Shown: in pieces, positions 28,936-38,822 of the stretch
Layout: every line of letters begins with the position of its first letter
Numbering within the stretch: the stretch's first letter is position 1
Assembly: GCA_051892275.1 (NCBI GenBank)
Contig: JBJFGA010000161.1
Coordinates: forward strand, 1-56,033
Length of the DNA stretch: 56,033 bases
DNA from: Oscillospiraceae bacterium
Lineage (GTDB): Bacteria; Bacillota; Clostridia; Oscillospirales; Ruminococcaceae
Reading direction: 5' to 3'
Notes under the pieces: generated by a model
Database searches by the model: none
Told to the model about the DNA's origin: nothing
What the model saw: only the letters and a program-made list of their open reading frames with translations
Translations under genes and position numbers: made by a program

Positions 28936-31114
28936 TGTCCATCACCTTTATTATACCGCAGGCGCAGTAGTTTTTCAGCGGGTATTCCCGCACTTCCACA
29001 CCCTTTTCCTGCGCCAGCTCAACTATGTGCCGGGTGAGGGGGCTGTTCAGGTCACGAAGCAGGATAATATCGGGTATTCGCCGCAGAAGCACCCGGGTGG
29101 TCTCGCCAATGCTGGGCTTCACCAGCTTTATGTTGGATATGCCGAATTCCGCGGCTATCTGCTGCGTTTCCGCAAGCCCGGAGCCGGGCTTCGTTTCCGG
29201 CAGACTGCGGCTGCCGTACTGCATTTCCTGCTCCACCGTTTCGATAAACTGGTATGTCCGGTCAGACCCTGCCAGCTCGCCGAAATAGGCTGCGCCGTGG
29301 AAATCTTCCGGCTGTATCAAGCCATCTTTCAGCACAGTCCTGCTGAAAAGCCCGGACACCACGCTGTTAAGGCAGGCGCAGGGAATGAACAGGTCGTCGT
29401 GAGTGCCGCACAGCCGGCAAAGCCCCGCCGGGTCGGCAAGCACTGCTATCTCGCACAGCCGGTCCAGCTTATCCCTGCCTATGCCGTATTCATACAGCGG
29501 GAACTGCTCAAGCGCACTGCGCAGCGTTCGTGTTATCATGCCCTTGCCTGTCCAGCCGTCTATGAACTGTATGCCGTCCGCCGGGTGACGTGCCAGAATG
29601 TACTCCATTGCGCGGCGGTCGATACCTCTGCCAACGATTATCGAGATAGAGTAATGCGGCAGGGAAACACCGTACTTTTTTCGGATATAGCGCTTTATCA
29701 GCACCCCGGCGGGAGTACCAGCCCTCGCGAGGGAAACCAGCACCGCGTTGCGCCCTTTTTCAGCCCATATAGCTTCTGCAACGGTCTGCACGGCTTCGGC
29801 ATTTGCCTTAGCCCAGACTTCAAGCCCGCGCTCGTACTCCCGAAAATAAGCCGGGGACGGCTCGTATTCCGCCGGAAGCAGCTCACTGTAATGGGTGCCG
29901 CTTTGTATCAGCTTTTCCCTCTCTTTAGCGGCAAGCGGAGGCAGCTTTCCGGTGATGTCCGTCAGCAGAAGCTGAACGTCCTCTGCGAGGTAGGAAGTCG
30001 GCAGCTTCTTTCCATGGAAGCACACCGCCATGACCTCTCTGCCGCCGACAGCGCCGCACAGTTCCCGCAGCGCGGTTTCGTCCGGGGCTTCAGCGTCGGT
30101 GAGGATAATGCTGAGGTCGCAGGGCTGGGTGTTGTAGAGGAAAACCTGACGTTTCGGGTCGTAGACGCTCTTCAGCGGGGTGCGGTTCACCAGAGGGTAT
30201 TCAAGCGGTTCTGGCTGCGCGAACGGCTCTCTGCCGCTGTCAAAGGGAAGCATGGGGCTTCTTGTCACGCAGTGGACTACCACCTGCCCGAATTTCCCGG
30301 AAAGCAGCTTCCCGAGCAGCAGCGGCGGGTAACAGAATTCCTCCGTGCCGATTATCTCAACGGTCTTTTCCGGGTCAGGGGTGAATTCCTCCGCAAGCTG
30401 AGTACAGATCCGCCGGCATTCTGCGAGGTAAAGGTCTGCGGGAACGCCGAGCCTTTGGTCGAACAGCGAATTACGGTGGAGAATATCGCCGAATTCCCGG
30501 GGTTGGAAATACCTGTCCGGGGAGAAATGCTCCGGCAGGGTGCGGTTTTTCATGTCTTCCAGCCGGGAAAGAGTTATCGGCGTTATTCCAACGCTGCTAA
30601 ACATCTCTATGCTCTCCGATGAAGCCGCCAGCGCCGCTGCATATACGCGGCAGTTCGGTGCAAGGCAGCCGTCCAGCGCCTTTAACAGGTGTACTGCGGT
30701 GCTGCCGGTGGTGAATTCATCGTCCACCAGTATCACCTGCGCTGCCCGGCGGAAAATGTCCTCGTCCCGCACGCAAAGCGTGTGGTGGCTGGCGTGGCTG
30801 TGGGACTCCTCAAAGGAGATGGTGGTTGCCCAGTCGGGCGGCTGTTCCCGGGTGGTGGTGACGTAGAAGCAGTCGTGGAAGAAGCCTGCCACCACTGCGC
30901 CGATGGCGGTGGCGGTCTCTGCAAAGCCGATTATGACTGTGGGCTTTTCTGCACGGCCGTCCCCGGCAAGCCTTTGCCCCAGCGTTTCCATAAGTTCCAG
31001 CGCTGCCGCGGGGTCAGAGGGAAAATGCTTCGCCTGACGGGTGTTCAGTATTATAAAATCACGTTTCGGGTTGTTTTCGCGTTTTGCCAGGAATAAATGT
31101 GGTGTGTTGTTCAT
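28928..31114 (-). CDS. Fused PRTase_2 + TRSP + StiP/PRTase_1 + PELOTA_1 protein (Ter-associated module)
   Basis: KRENNPKR, GFAETAT, TTRE, EESHSHA, VDDEFTTG; GTEEF, TRSP; HYSE, SLARAGTP, DGWTGKG, LNSVVSGL.SRT; KPSIGETTRVLLRR.P. Confidence 0.85.
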   Translation of the reverse strand: MNNTPHLFLAKRENNPKRDFIILNTRQAKHFPSDPAAALELMETLGQRLAGDGRAEKPTVIIGFAETATAIGAVVAGFFHDCFYVTTTREQPPDWATTISFEESHSHASHHTLCVRDEDIFRRAAQVILVDDEFTTGSTAVHLLKALDGCLAPNCRVYAAALAASSESIEMFSSVGITPITLSRLEDMKNRTLPEHFSPDRYFQPREFGDILHRNSLFDQRLGVPADLYLAECRRICTQLAEEFTPDPEKTVEIIGTEEFCYPPLLLGKLLSGKFGQVVVHCVTRSPMLPFDSGREPFAQPEPLEYPLVNRTPLKSVYDPKRQVFLYNTQPCDLSIILTDAEAPDETALRELCGAVGGREVMAVCFHGKKLPTSYLAEDVQLLLTDITGKLPPLAAKEREKLIQSGTHYSELLPAEYEPSPAYFREYERGLEVWAKANAEAVQTVAEAIWAEKGRNAVLVSLARAGTPAGVLIKRYIRKKYGVSLPHYSISIIVGRGIDRRAMEYILARHPADGIQFIDGWTGKGMITRTLRSALEQFPLYEYGIGRDKLDRLCEIAVLADPAGLCRLCGTHDDLFIPCACLNSVVSGLFSRTVLKDGLIQPEDFHGAAYFGELAGSDRTYQFIETVEQEMQYGSRSLPETKPGSGLAETQQIAAEFGISNIKLVKPSIGETTRVLLRRIPDIILLRDLNSPLTRHIVELAQEKGVEVREYPLKNYCACGIIKVMDNV

Positions 31115-31120
31115 TATGAT

Positions 31121-31807
31121 TTACTTTAATGTCCTCTCCCGGGGGTAGACTTTACCCTCCCGCAGCAGCCGGAGATAGTCCTCCGGGCAGTTTATCGGCT
31201 CGGGGACGTTTATCCCGCCGCCGAACAGCCTGTTAAGGTGATGGCTGTCCGAGCCGCCGGTCTTTACCAGCCCGTAGCTGTCCGCGTACAGTTTTGCGCG
31301 TTCGTTGTAGAGGTTGCGCGGGTCGTGGCTGGCGTTGATGACCTCAACGGCGTCCACATCGTGGGGGTAAAGGCTGATGTGGTGGATATATGGGTCGTAG
31401 CGGAACGGGTGCGCATGTACGATAAATCCGCCGCTTTCGCGTATCGTGCGGAAGCACTCCCGCTCATCGGTGTGCATGAGCAGCTGCTCGTTCTCCTTCA
31501 TGAACTCCTTGCTGATGTTGTAGATGAGAAGGTCGGCGTTGTAGACGGTGTATTCAAGCCCGAACCACACCTTAAGCCCGATCTCGTCCCCGACCTCCTT
31601 TGCACGCTCGTACCCGAGGAAGAAGCGGTCTATGCGCTCCTCCCACGGTAAGTCCCGGGGAACGGCGGTGTTCGCATTAAAGAAGTGGTCGGTGACGAAT
31701 ATTCCGTCATAACCCGCAGCCTTGTGCGCTCTTGCCATATCCGCAGCGGGAGCGCTGGCACAGGCGCTGCCTTCCTTTGTATGCAGATGGGTTTCGTATT
31801 TATACAT
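31121..31807 (-). CDS. PHP-domain phosphoesterase
   Basis: ETHLHT..GS, VTDH, HAHPFR, GGSDSH. Confidence 0.88.
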   Translation of the reverse strand: MYKYETHLHTKEGSACASAPAADMARAHKAAGYDGIFVTDHFFNANTAVPRDLPWEERIDRFFLGYERAKEVGDEIGLKVWFGLEYTVYNADLLIYNISKEFMKENEQLLMHTDERECFRTIRESGGFIVHAHPFRYDPYIHHISLYPHDVDAVEVINASHDPRNLYNERAKLYADSYGLVKTGGSDSHHLNRLFGGGINVPEPINCPEDYLRLLREGKVYPRERTLK

Positions 31808-31980
31808 CTTAATATTGTTCCTCCATGGAAATTTTCTGTCAGAAAAGTTTGCATTTATATTATTGTATCACAAACTTTAATGTTTTTCAATATATAATTT
31901 CGGAGAATAAAATGAATAACACATCATTTCCCCGGTTTTCGCAATATTTTTGCTGAAAAGCAAAATATATTTTTTACTAC

Positions 31981-32009
31981 TGGACAAAATAACAAAGATG
32001 TGATATAAT
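31981..32009 (+). promoter_or_regulatory. Sigma-A promoter of the DUF1858-trmK-nif3-rqcH cluster
   Basis: TGGACA-N17-TATAAT with TG extension. Confidence 0.7.
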
Positions 32010-32079
32010 ATACAATGTATATTTATCTCTGTGCGGCATACGCACGGCAGTATTCACAAACAGAAAGGAAACAAAAACA

Positions 32080-32280
32080 ATGAAGGTAACAAAGGATACA
32101 ATTATCGGCGATATTCTCGATGTAAACGCAGAGGCAGCAGCTCCCATCTTCTTCGGCATGGGAATGCACTGCTTAGGCTGCCCGGCTTCCCGCGGGGAGT
32201 CTGTGGAGCAGGCGTGCATGGTTCACGGCGTTGACGCTGACGAGATAGTTGAGCAGCTTAACGCGGCTCTTGGCGAGTAA
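32080..32280 (+). CDS. DUF1858-domain protein
   Basis: VTKDTIIGDIL, GMHCLGCPAS.GES.E.AC.VHG. Confidence 0.9.
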   Translation: MKVTKDTIIGDILDVNAEAAAPIFFGMGMHCLGCPASRGESVEQACMVHGVDADEIVEQLNAALGE

Positions 32281-32282
32281 TT

Positions 32283-32960
32283 GTGATAGTTCTTTCCTCA
32301 CGGCTCAAAGCCGTTGCCGGATTATGCCGCCGGGGAGTCACGGTGTGCGACGTGGGAACTGACCACGCTTATTTGGCATGCTACCTGGCGCAGAACGGCG
32401 CAAGGAACGTCATAGCCTCTGACGTGCGGGACGGCCCTCTTGAAGCCGCCCGCCGCACGGTGGAGCAGCAGGGAGTTCAGAATGTCACGCTGGTGAAGTC
32501 TGACGGACTGGAAAAAATCGGTTTTGCAGACGATGTTGTTATAGCCGGAATGGGCGGCGAGCTTATCATGAGGATAATCGCGGGCTGCCGCTTCCTGTCG
32601 GAGGACACCCGGTTCATTCTCCAGCCTATGACAAAGGCGGAGATTCTGCGGCGGGAGCTGTACCGCTCCGGCTTTGAGATAACCGAGGAGCGCACCGCCA
32701 GAGAGGGCGAGCGGCTGTACACCGTCATGCTGGTACAATACACAGGAAACAAGCGGGAAATGGACGAGCTTTTCTGCCGGACGGGCAGGATAACCGACCC
32801 GGCTATGCTGCGGCATATCGCGGGAAAGCTGCTGAAAAACGCGGCGGGTATGGAGAAGTCCCAGGACTGTCAAAGCAGCGGGACTGACGCGCAGGAGCTG
32901 CGCGAGCTTGCCGGGCAGATACTTGCCAGAGCAGACGACCTTGAACACGACAGGAGGTAA
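32283..32960 (+). CDS. trmK: tRNA (adenine22-N1)-methyltransferase
   Basis: DVGTDHAYL, SDGL, IAGMGG.LI, ILQP. Confidence 0.9.
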   Translation: MIVLSSRLKAVAGLCRRGVTVCDVGTDHAYLACYLAQNGARNVIASDVRDGPLEAARRTVEQQGVQNVTLVKSDGLEKIGFADDVVIAGMGGELIMRIIAGCRFLSEDTRFILQPMTKAEILRRELYRSGFEITEERTAREGERLYTVMLVQYTGNKREMDELFCRTGRITDPAMLRHIAGKLLKNAAGMEKSQDCQSSGTDAQELRELAGQILARADDLEHDRR

Positions 32961-32964
32961 ACAA

Positions 32965-33741
32965 ATGTCACAGACAGTTGGACAGGTATTGGAGTTCCTC
33001 AACACCATTGCTCCGCTCAATACTGCGGAAAGCTACGACAACGTAGGGCTTCTTGCGGGAAGTGCTGACGAACCGGTAACGGGAATAGCCACCTGCCTTG
33101 ATATAACAGGGGAGATCGTGGACGAAGCGGTCTCCAAAAACGCAAATCTCATCGTATCGCACCACCCGGTGATATTCCACCCGATGAAGCGCATTATGGC
33201 GGACAGCCCTGTTTACCGGCTTATCCGCAGCGACATAAGCGCTATCGCGATACATACGAATTTCGACATGAGCGAGGGCGGCGTAAATGACGCGCTGATG
33301 GAGCTTCTCGGCTGGGAAAGCAGCGGAGTTCTGGAGCAGACGCAGCCCAATGGGCTTGGTATGGGCGCGATAGCAGACCTGCCGCTCGGCTTTACCGCAA
33401 AGACTCTTGCGGAGCACTGCAAGCAGAACCTCGACCTTGAAAGCGTGAAGTACTGCGAGGGCAGCGATAACGCTATCACCAGAGTTGGCGTTTGCTGCGG
33501 TTCCGGCAGCGACCTGCTGGAGCGCGCAAAGGCGCTCGGCTGTCAGGCGCTTGTCACCGGTGACGTGAAGCATTCGGTATGGATAGAGGCGCACAACCTT
33601 GGCATGGCGCTGATAGACGCGGGGCATTACGGTACGGAGAAGAACGCGCCGCACCGCATAGCGGCACTGCTTAGCCGTGCGTTCCCGGAGATACCGGTGT
33701 TCGCGGCGGAGTGCGAGAAGGAGCCTTGCAAATACATCTGA
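32965..33741 (+). CDS. Nif3-like dinuclear metal center hexameric protein
   Basis: DNVGLL.G, SHHP.IF, HTNFD, GSG, TGDVK, DAGHYGTE; GGAGG SD. Confidence 0.93.
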   Translation: MSQTVGQVLEFLNTIAPLNTAESYDNVGLLAGSADEPVTGIATCLDITGEIVDEAVSKNANLIVSHHPVIFHPMKRIMADSPVYRLIRSDISAIAIHTNFDMSEGGVNDALMELLGWESSGVLEQTQPNGLGMGAIADLPLGFTAKTLAEHCKQNLDLESVKYCEGSDNAITRVGVCCGSGSDLLERAKALGCQALVTGDVKHSVWIEAHNLGMALIDAGHYGTEKNAPHRIAALLSRAFPEIPVFAAECEKEPCKYI

Positions 33742-33770
33742 TTTAGTCATTCCCGGAAGGAGGGGATAGC

Positions 33771-35516
33771 TTGTCGCTTGACGGAGCGTTTTTACACATA
33801 GTTATGAACGAATTGCAGCCGCTGGTCGGCGCTCGGGTGGACAAGGTATATCAGCCCTCCCGGGAGGAAATAGTGCTGGCTCTGCGGACATTCCGTGACG
33901 GCGGCAAGAAAATCGTGCTGTCCGCGAACAGCGTCAGCGCACGGATAAACCTCACCGGAGCGGCGTTCGAGAACCCGCAGCAGCCGCCAATGTTCTGTAT
34001 GCTGCTAAGGAAGCACCTCGGAGGCGGCAAGCTGACCGCGATACGGCAGGACGGCTTGGAGCGCATAGTCCAGCTGGACTTTGAATGCACCAACGAGATT
34101 GGCGATATCGTCACCAACACGCTTATCGCCGAGTTAATGGGGCGGCACAGCAACATTATTCTAGTCCGGGATGGCAGAGTTATCGACAGCATAAAGCGCA
34201 TCACCGATGACATTTCCTCGGTGCGGCGGGTACTGCCCGGCATTATGTACGAAGCCCCGCCCCGGCAGGAGCGGCTGTGCCTGCTTGACTGCGAGGTTCA
34301 GCAGGTGATGTACGAGATAGACGGCTCGCCGGAACGGCTGTGCAAGAAGCTGTCGGCGGTGCTGGAGGGTGTTTCCCCGATACTGACGAGGGAGATAGCC
34401 TACTACTGCGCTAAAAACACTGACATCGCCTGCAATGAGCTTACCGACAGCGGAAAGGACAGGCTGCGGTTTGTTCTGGGCAGAGTCAAGGCGGCGGTAT
34501 CCGGCGGAGAGTGCGATTTTACGATAGTGTCCGAGCTTTCCGGCAGGAAAAAGGATTTCTGCTTCATAAATGTCGAGCAGTACTCCACCGCCATGCTGAT
34601 AACGCATTCTGATTCCGCCAACGCGCTGCTGGACGGCTTCTTTGCCGCAGCAGACCGAACCGAGCGCACAAAGCAGCGGGCGCACGACCTGCTGAAGCTG
34701 CTTATGAACAGCTACGAGCGTGTTTCCCGGAAACTGGAATTACAGAAGAAGGAGCTTGCGGAATGCGGCGAGCGGGAGGTCTTCCGAGTCTGCGGTGACC
34801 TCATCAATGCGAATATATGGCGGCTGGAAAAGGGACAGAGCAAGGCACAGCTGGAGGATTTCTACACCGGCGAGGTAAGGGAGATACAGCTTGACCCGCG
34901 GCTCACCCCGGCGCAGAACGCCCAGAAATACTACAACGAATACCGCAAGCTGGACACCGCCGAGAAGAAGCTCACCGAACTTATCGCAAAGGGACAGCAG
35001 GAACTTCTCTACATCGACAGCGTGTTCGACGCGGCGATCCGTACCGACAGCGAAGCGGACCTCTCCGAGATACGCCGGGAGCTGCGGGAGCAGGGCTACC
35101 TGAAAGGTGGCGTGCGTGCGGACGAAAAGCTAAAAAAGACCTCCGAGCCGCTGCATTTCCGCTCCACCGAGGGCTTTGAGATACTGGTCGGCAGGAACAA
35201 CCGTCAGAACGACCAGCTTACCCTCAAAACCGCGAAAGCTGCCGATATATGGCTGCACACGCAGGGTATTGCGGGTTCGCACGTCATTATCCGCACCGAG
35301 GGCAGACAGCCCGGTGAGCAGACCCTGTTTGAAGCTGCTCAGCTAGCCGCGTTCCACTCAAAGGGACGTGCTTCGGCTCAGGTACCGGTGGACTACACCG
35401 CAGTGAAGTTCGTGAAGAAGCCGGCGGGCGCAAAGCCGGGCATGGTGATATTCACGAATAACAGGACGCTGTTTGTCGCCCCGGACGAGGAGCTTGTGGA
35501 ATCGCTGAAAGGGTAA
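33771..35516 (+). CDS. rqcH: Ribosome quality control protein RqcH (FbpA/NFACT)
   Basis: MSLDG, PPMFCMLLRKHL, ELMGRHSN, QNAQKYY..Y.K, GRNN.QND, GSHV, KPGMV. Confidence 0.92.
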   Translation: MSLDGAFLHIVMNELQPLVGARVDKVYQPSREEIVLALRTFRDGGKKIVLSANSVSARINLTGAAFENPQQPPMFCMLLRKHLGGGKLTAIRQDGLERIVQLDFECTNEIGDIVTNTLIAELMGRHSNIILVRDGRVIDSIKRITDDISSVRRVLPGIMYEAPPRQERLCLLDCEVQQVMYEIDGSPERLCKKLSAVLEGVSPILTREIAYYCAKNTDIACNELTDSGKDRLRFVLGRVKAAVSGGECDFTIVSELSGRKKDFCFINVEQYSTAMLITHSDSANALLDGFFAAADRTERTKQRAHDLLKLLMNSYERVSRKLELQKKELAECGEREVFRVCGDLINANIWRLEKGQSKAQLEDFYTGEVREIQLDPRLTPAQNAQKYYNEYRKLDTAEKKLTELIAKGQQELLYIDSVFDAAIRTDSEADLSEIRRELREQGYLKGGVRADEKLKKTSEPLHFRSTEGFEILVGRNNRQNDQLTLKTAKAADIWLHTQGIAGSHVIIRTEGRQPGEQTLFEAAQLAAFHSKGRASAQVPVDYTAVKFVKKPAGAKPGMVIFTNNRTLFVAPDEELVESLKG

Positions 35517-35536
35517 AATAATAACTGATTTGTTCA

Positions 35537-35638
35537 CCCGTAGGGGAGGGGCTTGCCCCTCCCGCCCATTAAGCGGCGCATCCTGCGCCGGTTTGGGGCG
35601 GGGGCGCAAACGTCCATGTTTGCCCCTCCCTCCCTACA
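35537..35638. repeat. GTAG-type REP/REPIN-like palindromic element
   Basis: GTAGGGGAGGGG-ctt-gCCCCTCCC ... CCCCTCCCTCCCTAC, with internal hairpins. Confidence 0.65.
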
Positions 35639-35694
35639 CAAAATATCAATGCAATACGCAATATTATATGACAAAACGAAAGGACTTAATTGCA

Positions 35695-38328
35695 ATGAGA
35701 AAGGAACTTGCAAAGACCTACGCCCCGAAGGAATTCGAGGACCGTATCTATCATAACTGGGAGGAAAAGGGCTATTTCCACGCTGAAATCGACCCCAAGA
35801 AGAAGCCCTACACCATCGTTATCCCCCCGCCAAACATCACCGGACAGCTCCACATGGGACATGCGCTGGACAACACATTACAGGATATCCTTATCCGCTG
35901 GAGAAGAATGCAGGGCTACTCCGCGCTGTGGCTGCCGGGTACTGACCACGCTTCCATCGCCACAGAAGCAAAGATAGTCGGCAAGATGAAGGAAGAGGGT
36001 CTTACCAAGGAGCAGGTAGGCAGAGAAGGCTTCCTTGAGCGCGCATGGGACTGGAAGCGCGAGTATGGCGGCAGGATAGTACAGCAGCTTAAGAAGCTGG
36101 GAAGCTCCTGCGACTGGGAGAGGGAACGCTTCACGCTGGACGAGGGCTGCTCCAGAGCCGTTCAGAAGGTGTTCATGGATCTCTACAACAAGGGGCTTAT
36201 CTACCACGGCGTAAGAATGATAAACTGGTGTCCCAACTGCAAGACCTCTATCTCCGACATTGAGTGCGAGTACGAGGAGCAGGACGGATTCTTCTGGCAT
36301 ATCAACTACCCGCTTTCGGACGGCAGCGGCTTTGTTCAGATTGCCACCACACGTCCCGAAACGTTGCTGGGTGACTCCGCGCTGGCGGTAAATCCCGAGG
36401 ACGAGCGCTATAAGGCTATCGTCGGCAAGATGGTGAAGCTACCGCTCACCGACCGTGAGATACCGGTCATTGCAGACGAATATGTTGACATGGAATTCGG
36501 TACCGGCGTTGTAAAGATAACTCCTGCACACGACCCCAACGACTTCATGGTAGGTCAGCGGCACAACCTGCCCGTGATCTCCATGATGAACGACGACGCG
36601 ACTATCAGCGCAGAAGTTGGCGGCAAGTACGCGGGAATGGACAGATACGAAGCAAGAAAGGCTATGGTGGCAGACCTTGAAGCAGAGGGGCTTCTTGTCA
36701 AGGTTGAGCCGCACAAGCACAATGTCGGCTGCTGCCAGCGCTGCGGAACTACCGTTGAGCCGAGAGCTTCCCTCCAGTGGTTCGTATCAATGAAGGAGCT
36801 TGCAAAGCCCGCTATTGACGTTGTGAAGTCCGGCGAGCTGCGCTATATACCCAAGCGCTTTGAGAACGGCTATCTCTACTGGATGGAGAATATCCGCGAC
36901 TGGTGCATTTCAAGACAGCTGTGGTGGGGTCACAGAATTCCGGCATACTACTGCCAGAATCCCGAATGCAACCACACCGAGATATCCCTCGACCCGATAT
37001 CCGTCTGCCCGAAGTGCGGCGCTCCGGTAAAGCAGGACGAGGACACCCTCGATACATGGTTCAGCTCGGCGCTGTGGCCGTTCTCTACCCTCGGCTGGCC
37101 GGACAAGACCCCGGAGATGGATTACTTCTACCCCACCTCCACGCTGGTTACCGGATATGACATCATTCCGTTCTGGGTAGCCAGAATGATATTCTCCGGA
37201 CTGGAGCACACCGGCGAGAAGCCGTTCAAGGACGTGCTTATCCACGGTCTGGTGCGGGACGAGCAGGGACGCAAGATGTCCAAGTCCCTCGGCAACGGCG
37301 TTGACCCGCTGGAGATAATTGACAAGTACGGCGCGGACGCTCTGCGGCTTACTCTGGTAACAGGCAACGCTCCAGGAAACGACATGCGCTGGACTGAAAC
37401 AAAGGTCACCAACTCCAGAAACTTCGCGAACAAGCTGTGGAACGCTTCCAGATATATCCTGATGAACCTGCCGGAGGACTTCGGCGCACCTGTTCTGCCG
37501 GAAAACCTCCCCATTGAGGACAAGTGGGTACTCAGCCTTTACAACGACGTTGTGAAGAACGTTACCGCCAACCTCGAAGCATTCGAGCTGGGCGTTGCGG
37601 TGCAGAACCTCACCGACTTTATATGGGACATCTTCTGCGACTGGTATATCGAGCTTACCAAGCCGAGAATAGCAGAGGGCGGTCAGACGGCGCTTGCGGC
37701 GCAGAATGTACTGGTATTCGTAATGCAGGGCATTCTGAAGCTGCTGCACCCGTTCATGCCGTTCATCACCGAGGAGATATGGCAGTCCATGCCGGGTACT
37801 GAAACCGAAAGCATCATGATATCCAAGTGGAATGAATACGATGAGAAGCTGCATTTCGGCGATGCTGCGGAGGAGTTCTCCAGAGTTATCGGCGCAATCA
37901 AGGCGGTAAGAATACAGCGCAACGAGCTGAACGTTCCCCCGTCAAAGAAAGTCACCATGACGGTTGAAACCAAGTATACGCAGCTGTTCAGCGACTGTCA
38001 GAAGTTCTTTGAGAAGCTGGCGGGCGCAGGCGAGTTCACCGTTGTTGAAGCTATGGACAGCACCGAGGGCATGATGACGGTAGTCACCGACAGCGCGAGA
38101 GTATTCATGCCGATGGGCGAGCTTGTTGACAAGGAAAAGGAGCTTGCACGTCTGGACAAGGAGAAGAAAGCCGCTGAAAAGGACATCGAGTTCCTGTCAA
38201 AGAAGCTGAACAACCCCGGATTCCTTGCGAAAGCACCGGCGCAGCAGGTAGAAAACGAGCGTGCGAAGCTGGCAAAGGCAGAGGAACGTCTGGCGAAGAT
38301 AAACGCTTCCATTGAGGGGCTGAATTGA
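35695..38328 (+). CDS. valS: Valine--tRNA ligase
   Basis: PPPNITG.LHMGH, DWCISRQLWWGH, KMSKS, C-terminal coiled coil. Confidence 0.99.
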   Translation: MRKELAKTYAPKEFEDRIYHNWEEKGYFHAEIDPKKKPYTIVIPPPNITGQLHMGHALDNTLQDILIRWRRMQGYSALWLPGTDHASIATEAKIVGKMKEEGLTKEQVGREGFLERAWDWKREYGGRIVQQLKKLGSSCDWERERFTLDEGCSRAVQKVFMDLYNKGLIYHGVRMINWCPNCKTSISDIECEYEEQDGFFWHINYPLSDGSGFVQIATTRPETLLGDSALAVNPEDERYKAIVGKMVKLPLTDREIPVIADEYVDMEFGTGVVKITPAHDPNDFMVGQRHNLPVISMMNDDATISAEVGGKYAGMDRYEARKAMVADLEAEGLLVKVEPHKHNVGCCQRCGTTVEPRASLQWFVSMKELAKPAIDVVKSGELRYIPKRFENGYLYWMENIRDWCISRQLWWGHRIPAYYCQNPECNHTEISLDPISVCPKCGAPVKQDEDTLDTWFSSALWPFSTLGWPDKTPEMDYFYPTSTLVTGYDIIPFWVARMIFSGLEHTGEKPFKDVLIHGLVRDEQGRKMSKSLGNGVDPLEIIDKYGADALRLTLVTGNAPGNDMRWTETKVTNSRNFANKLWNASRYILMNLPEDFGAPVLPENLPIEDKWVLSLYNDVVKNVTANLEAFELGVAVQNLTDFIWDIFCDWYIELTKPRIAEGGQTALAAQNVLVFVMQGILKLLHPFMPFITEEIWQSMPGTETESIMISKWNEYDEKLHFGDAAEEFSRVIGAIKAVRIQRNELNVPPSKKVTMTVETKYTQLFSDCQKFFEKLAGAGEFTVVEAMDSTEGMMTVVTDSARVFMPMGELVDKEKELARLDKEKKAAEKDIEFLSKKLNNPGFLAKAPAQQVENERAKLAKAEERLAKINASIEGLN

Positions 38329-38822
38329 CAATAAGGCAAATGCTCCCGCAGGACGACGGGGAAGTCTGCCGGATGTATGTTAAGAGCTGGCAGACGGGCT
38401 ACAAGGGACTTCTTCCGCAGGAGTACCTTGACAGCCTGTCGCCGGAGCGCTGGCGGGGGAGGTTCACCGGGCTGCCCGGCAGCTTCGTCATAACAGACGG
38501 TGAAACGATAGTCGGGCACTCCTGTGCACGTCCGGCTGCTGATGAGAACATGAGCGGCTGGGGCGAGGTGTGGACGCTGTATGTCCTGCCGGAATACTGG
38601 GGCAGGGGATACGGCAGGGCGCTGCTGGAAAACTCCGTCAGCTGGCTGAATGAGCAGGGCTTCGACAGGGTTTATCTCTGGGCGCTGGACAGCAATACCC
38701 GGGCACGGCGGTTTTATGAGCACTGCGGCTTCTGCGAAACGCAGGACGCGCTTGAATGTGATATTGCGGGAATCACAGTAACCGATATACGATATGTAAG
38801 GGGGCAGTTATGGCAAAAATGA
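38325..38822 (+). CDS. GNAT-family N-acetyltransferase
   Basis: LYVLPEYWGRGYG, N.RARRFYE.CGF. Confidence 0.9.
   Translation: MTIRQMLPQDDGEVCRMYVKSWQTGYKGLLPQEYLDSLSPERWRGRFTGLPGSFVITDGETIVGHSCARPAADENMSGWGEVWTLYVLPEYWGRGYGRALLENSVSWLNEQGFDRVYLWALDSNTRARRFYEHCGFCETQDALECDIAGITVTDIRYVRGQLWQK

Noticed and set aside
28328-30622. 764-aa plus-strand ORF (and the 493-aa ORF at 27556-29037)
   Set aside because: Antisense to well-supported PRTase/StiP, HAD and hemZ genes; no recognisable domain.
35530-35694. N-terminal extension of ValS in the track
   Set aside because: It translates the REP-like palindrome; the SD and homology start at MRKEL (35695).
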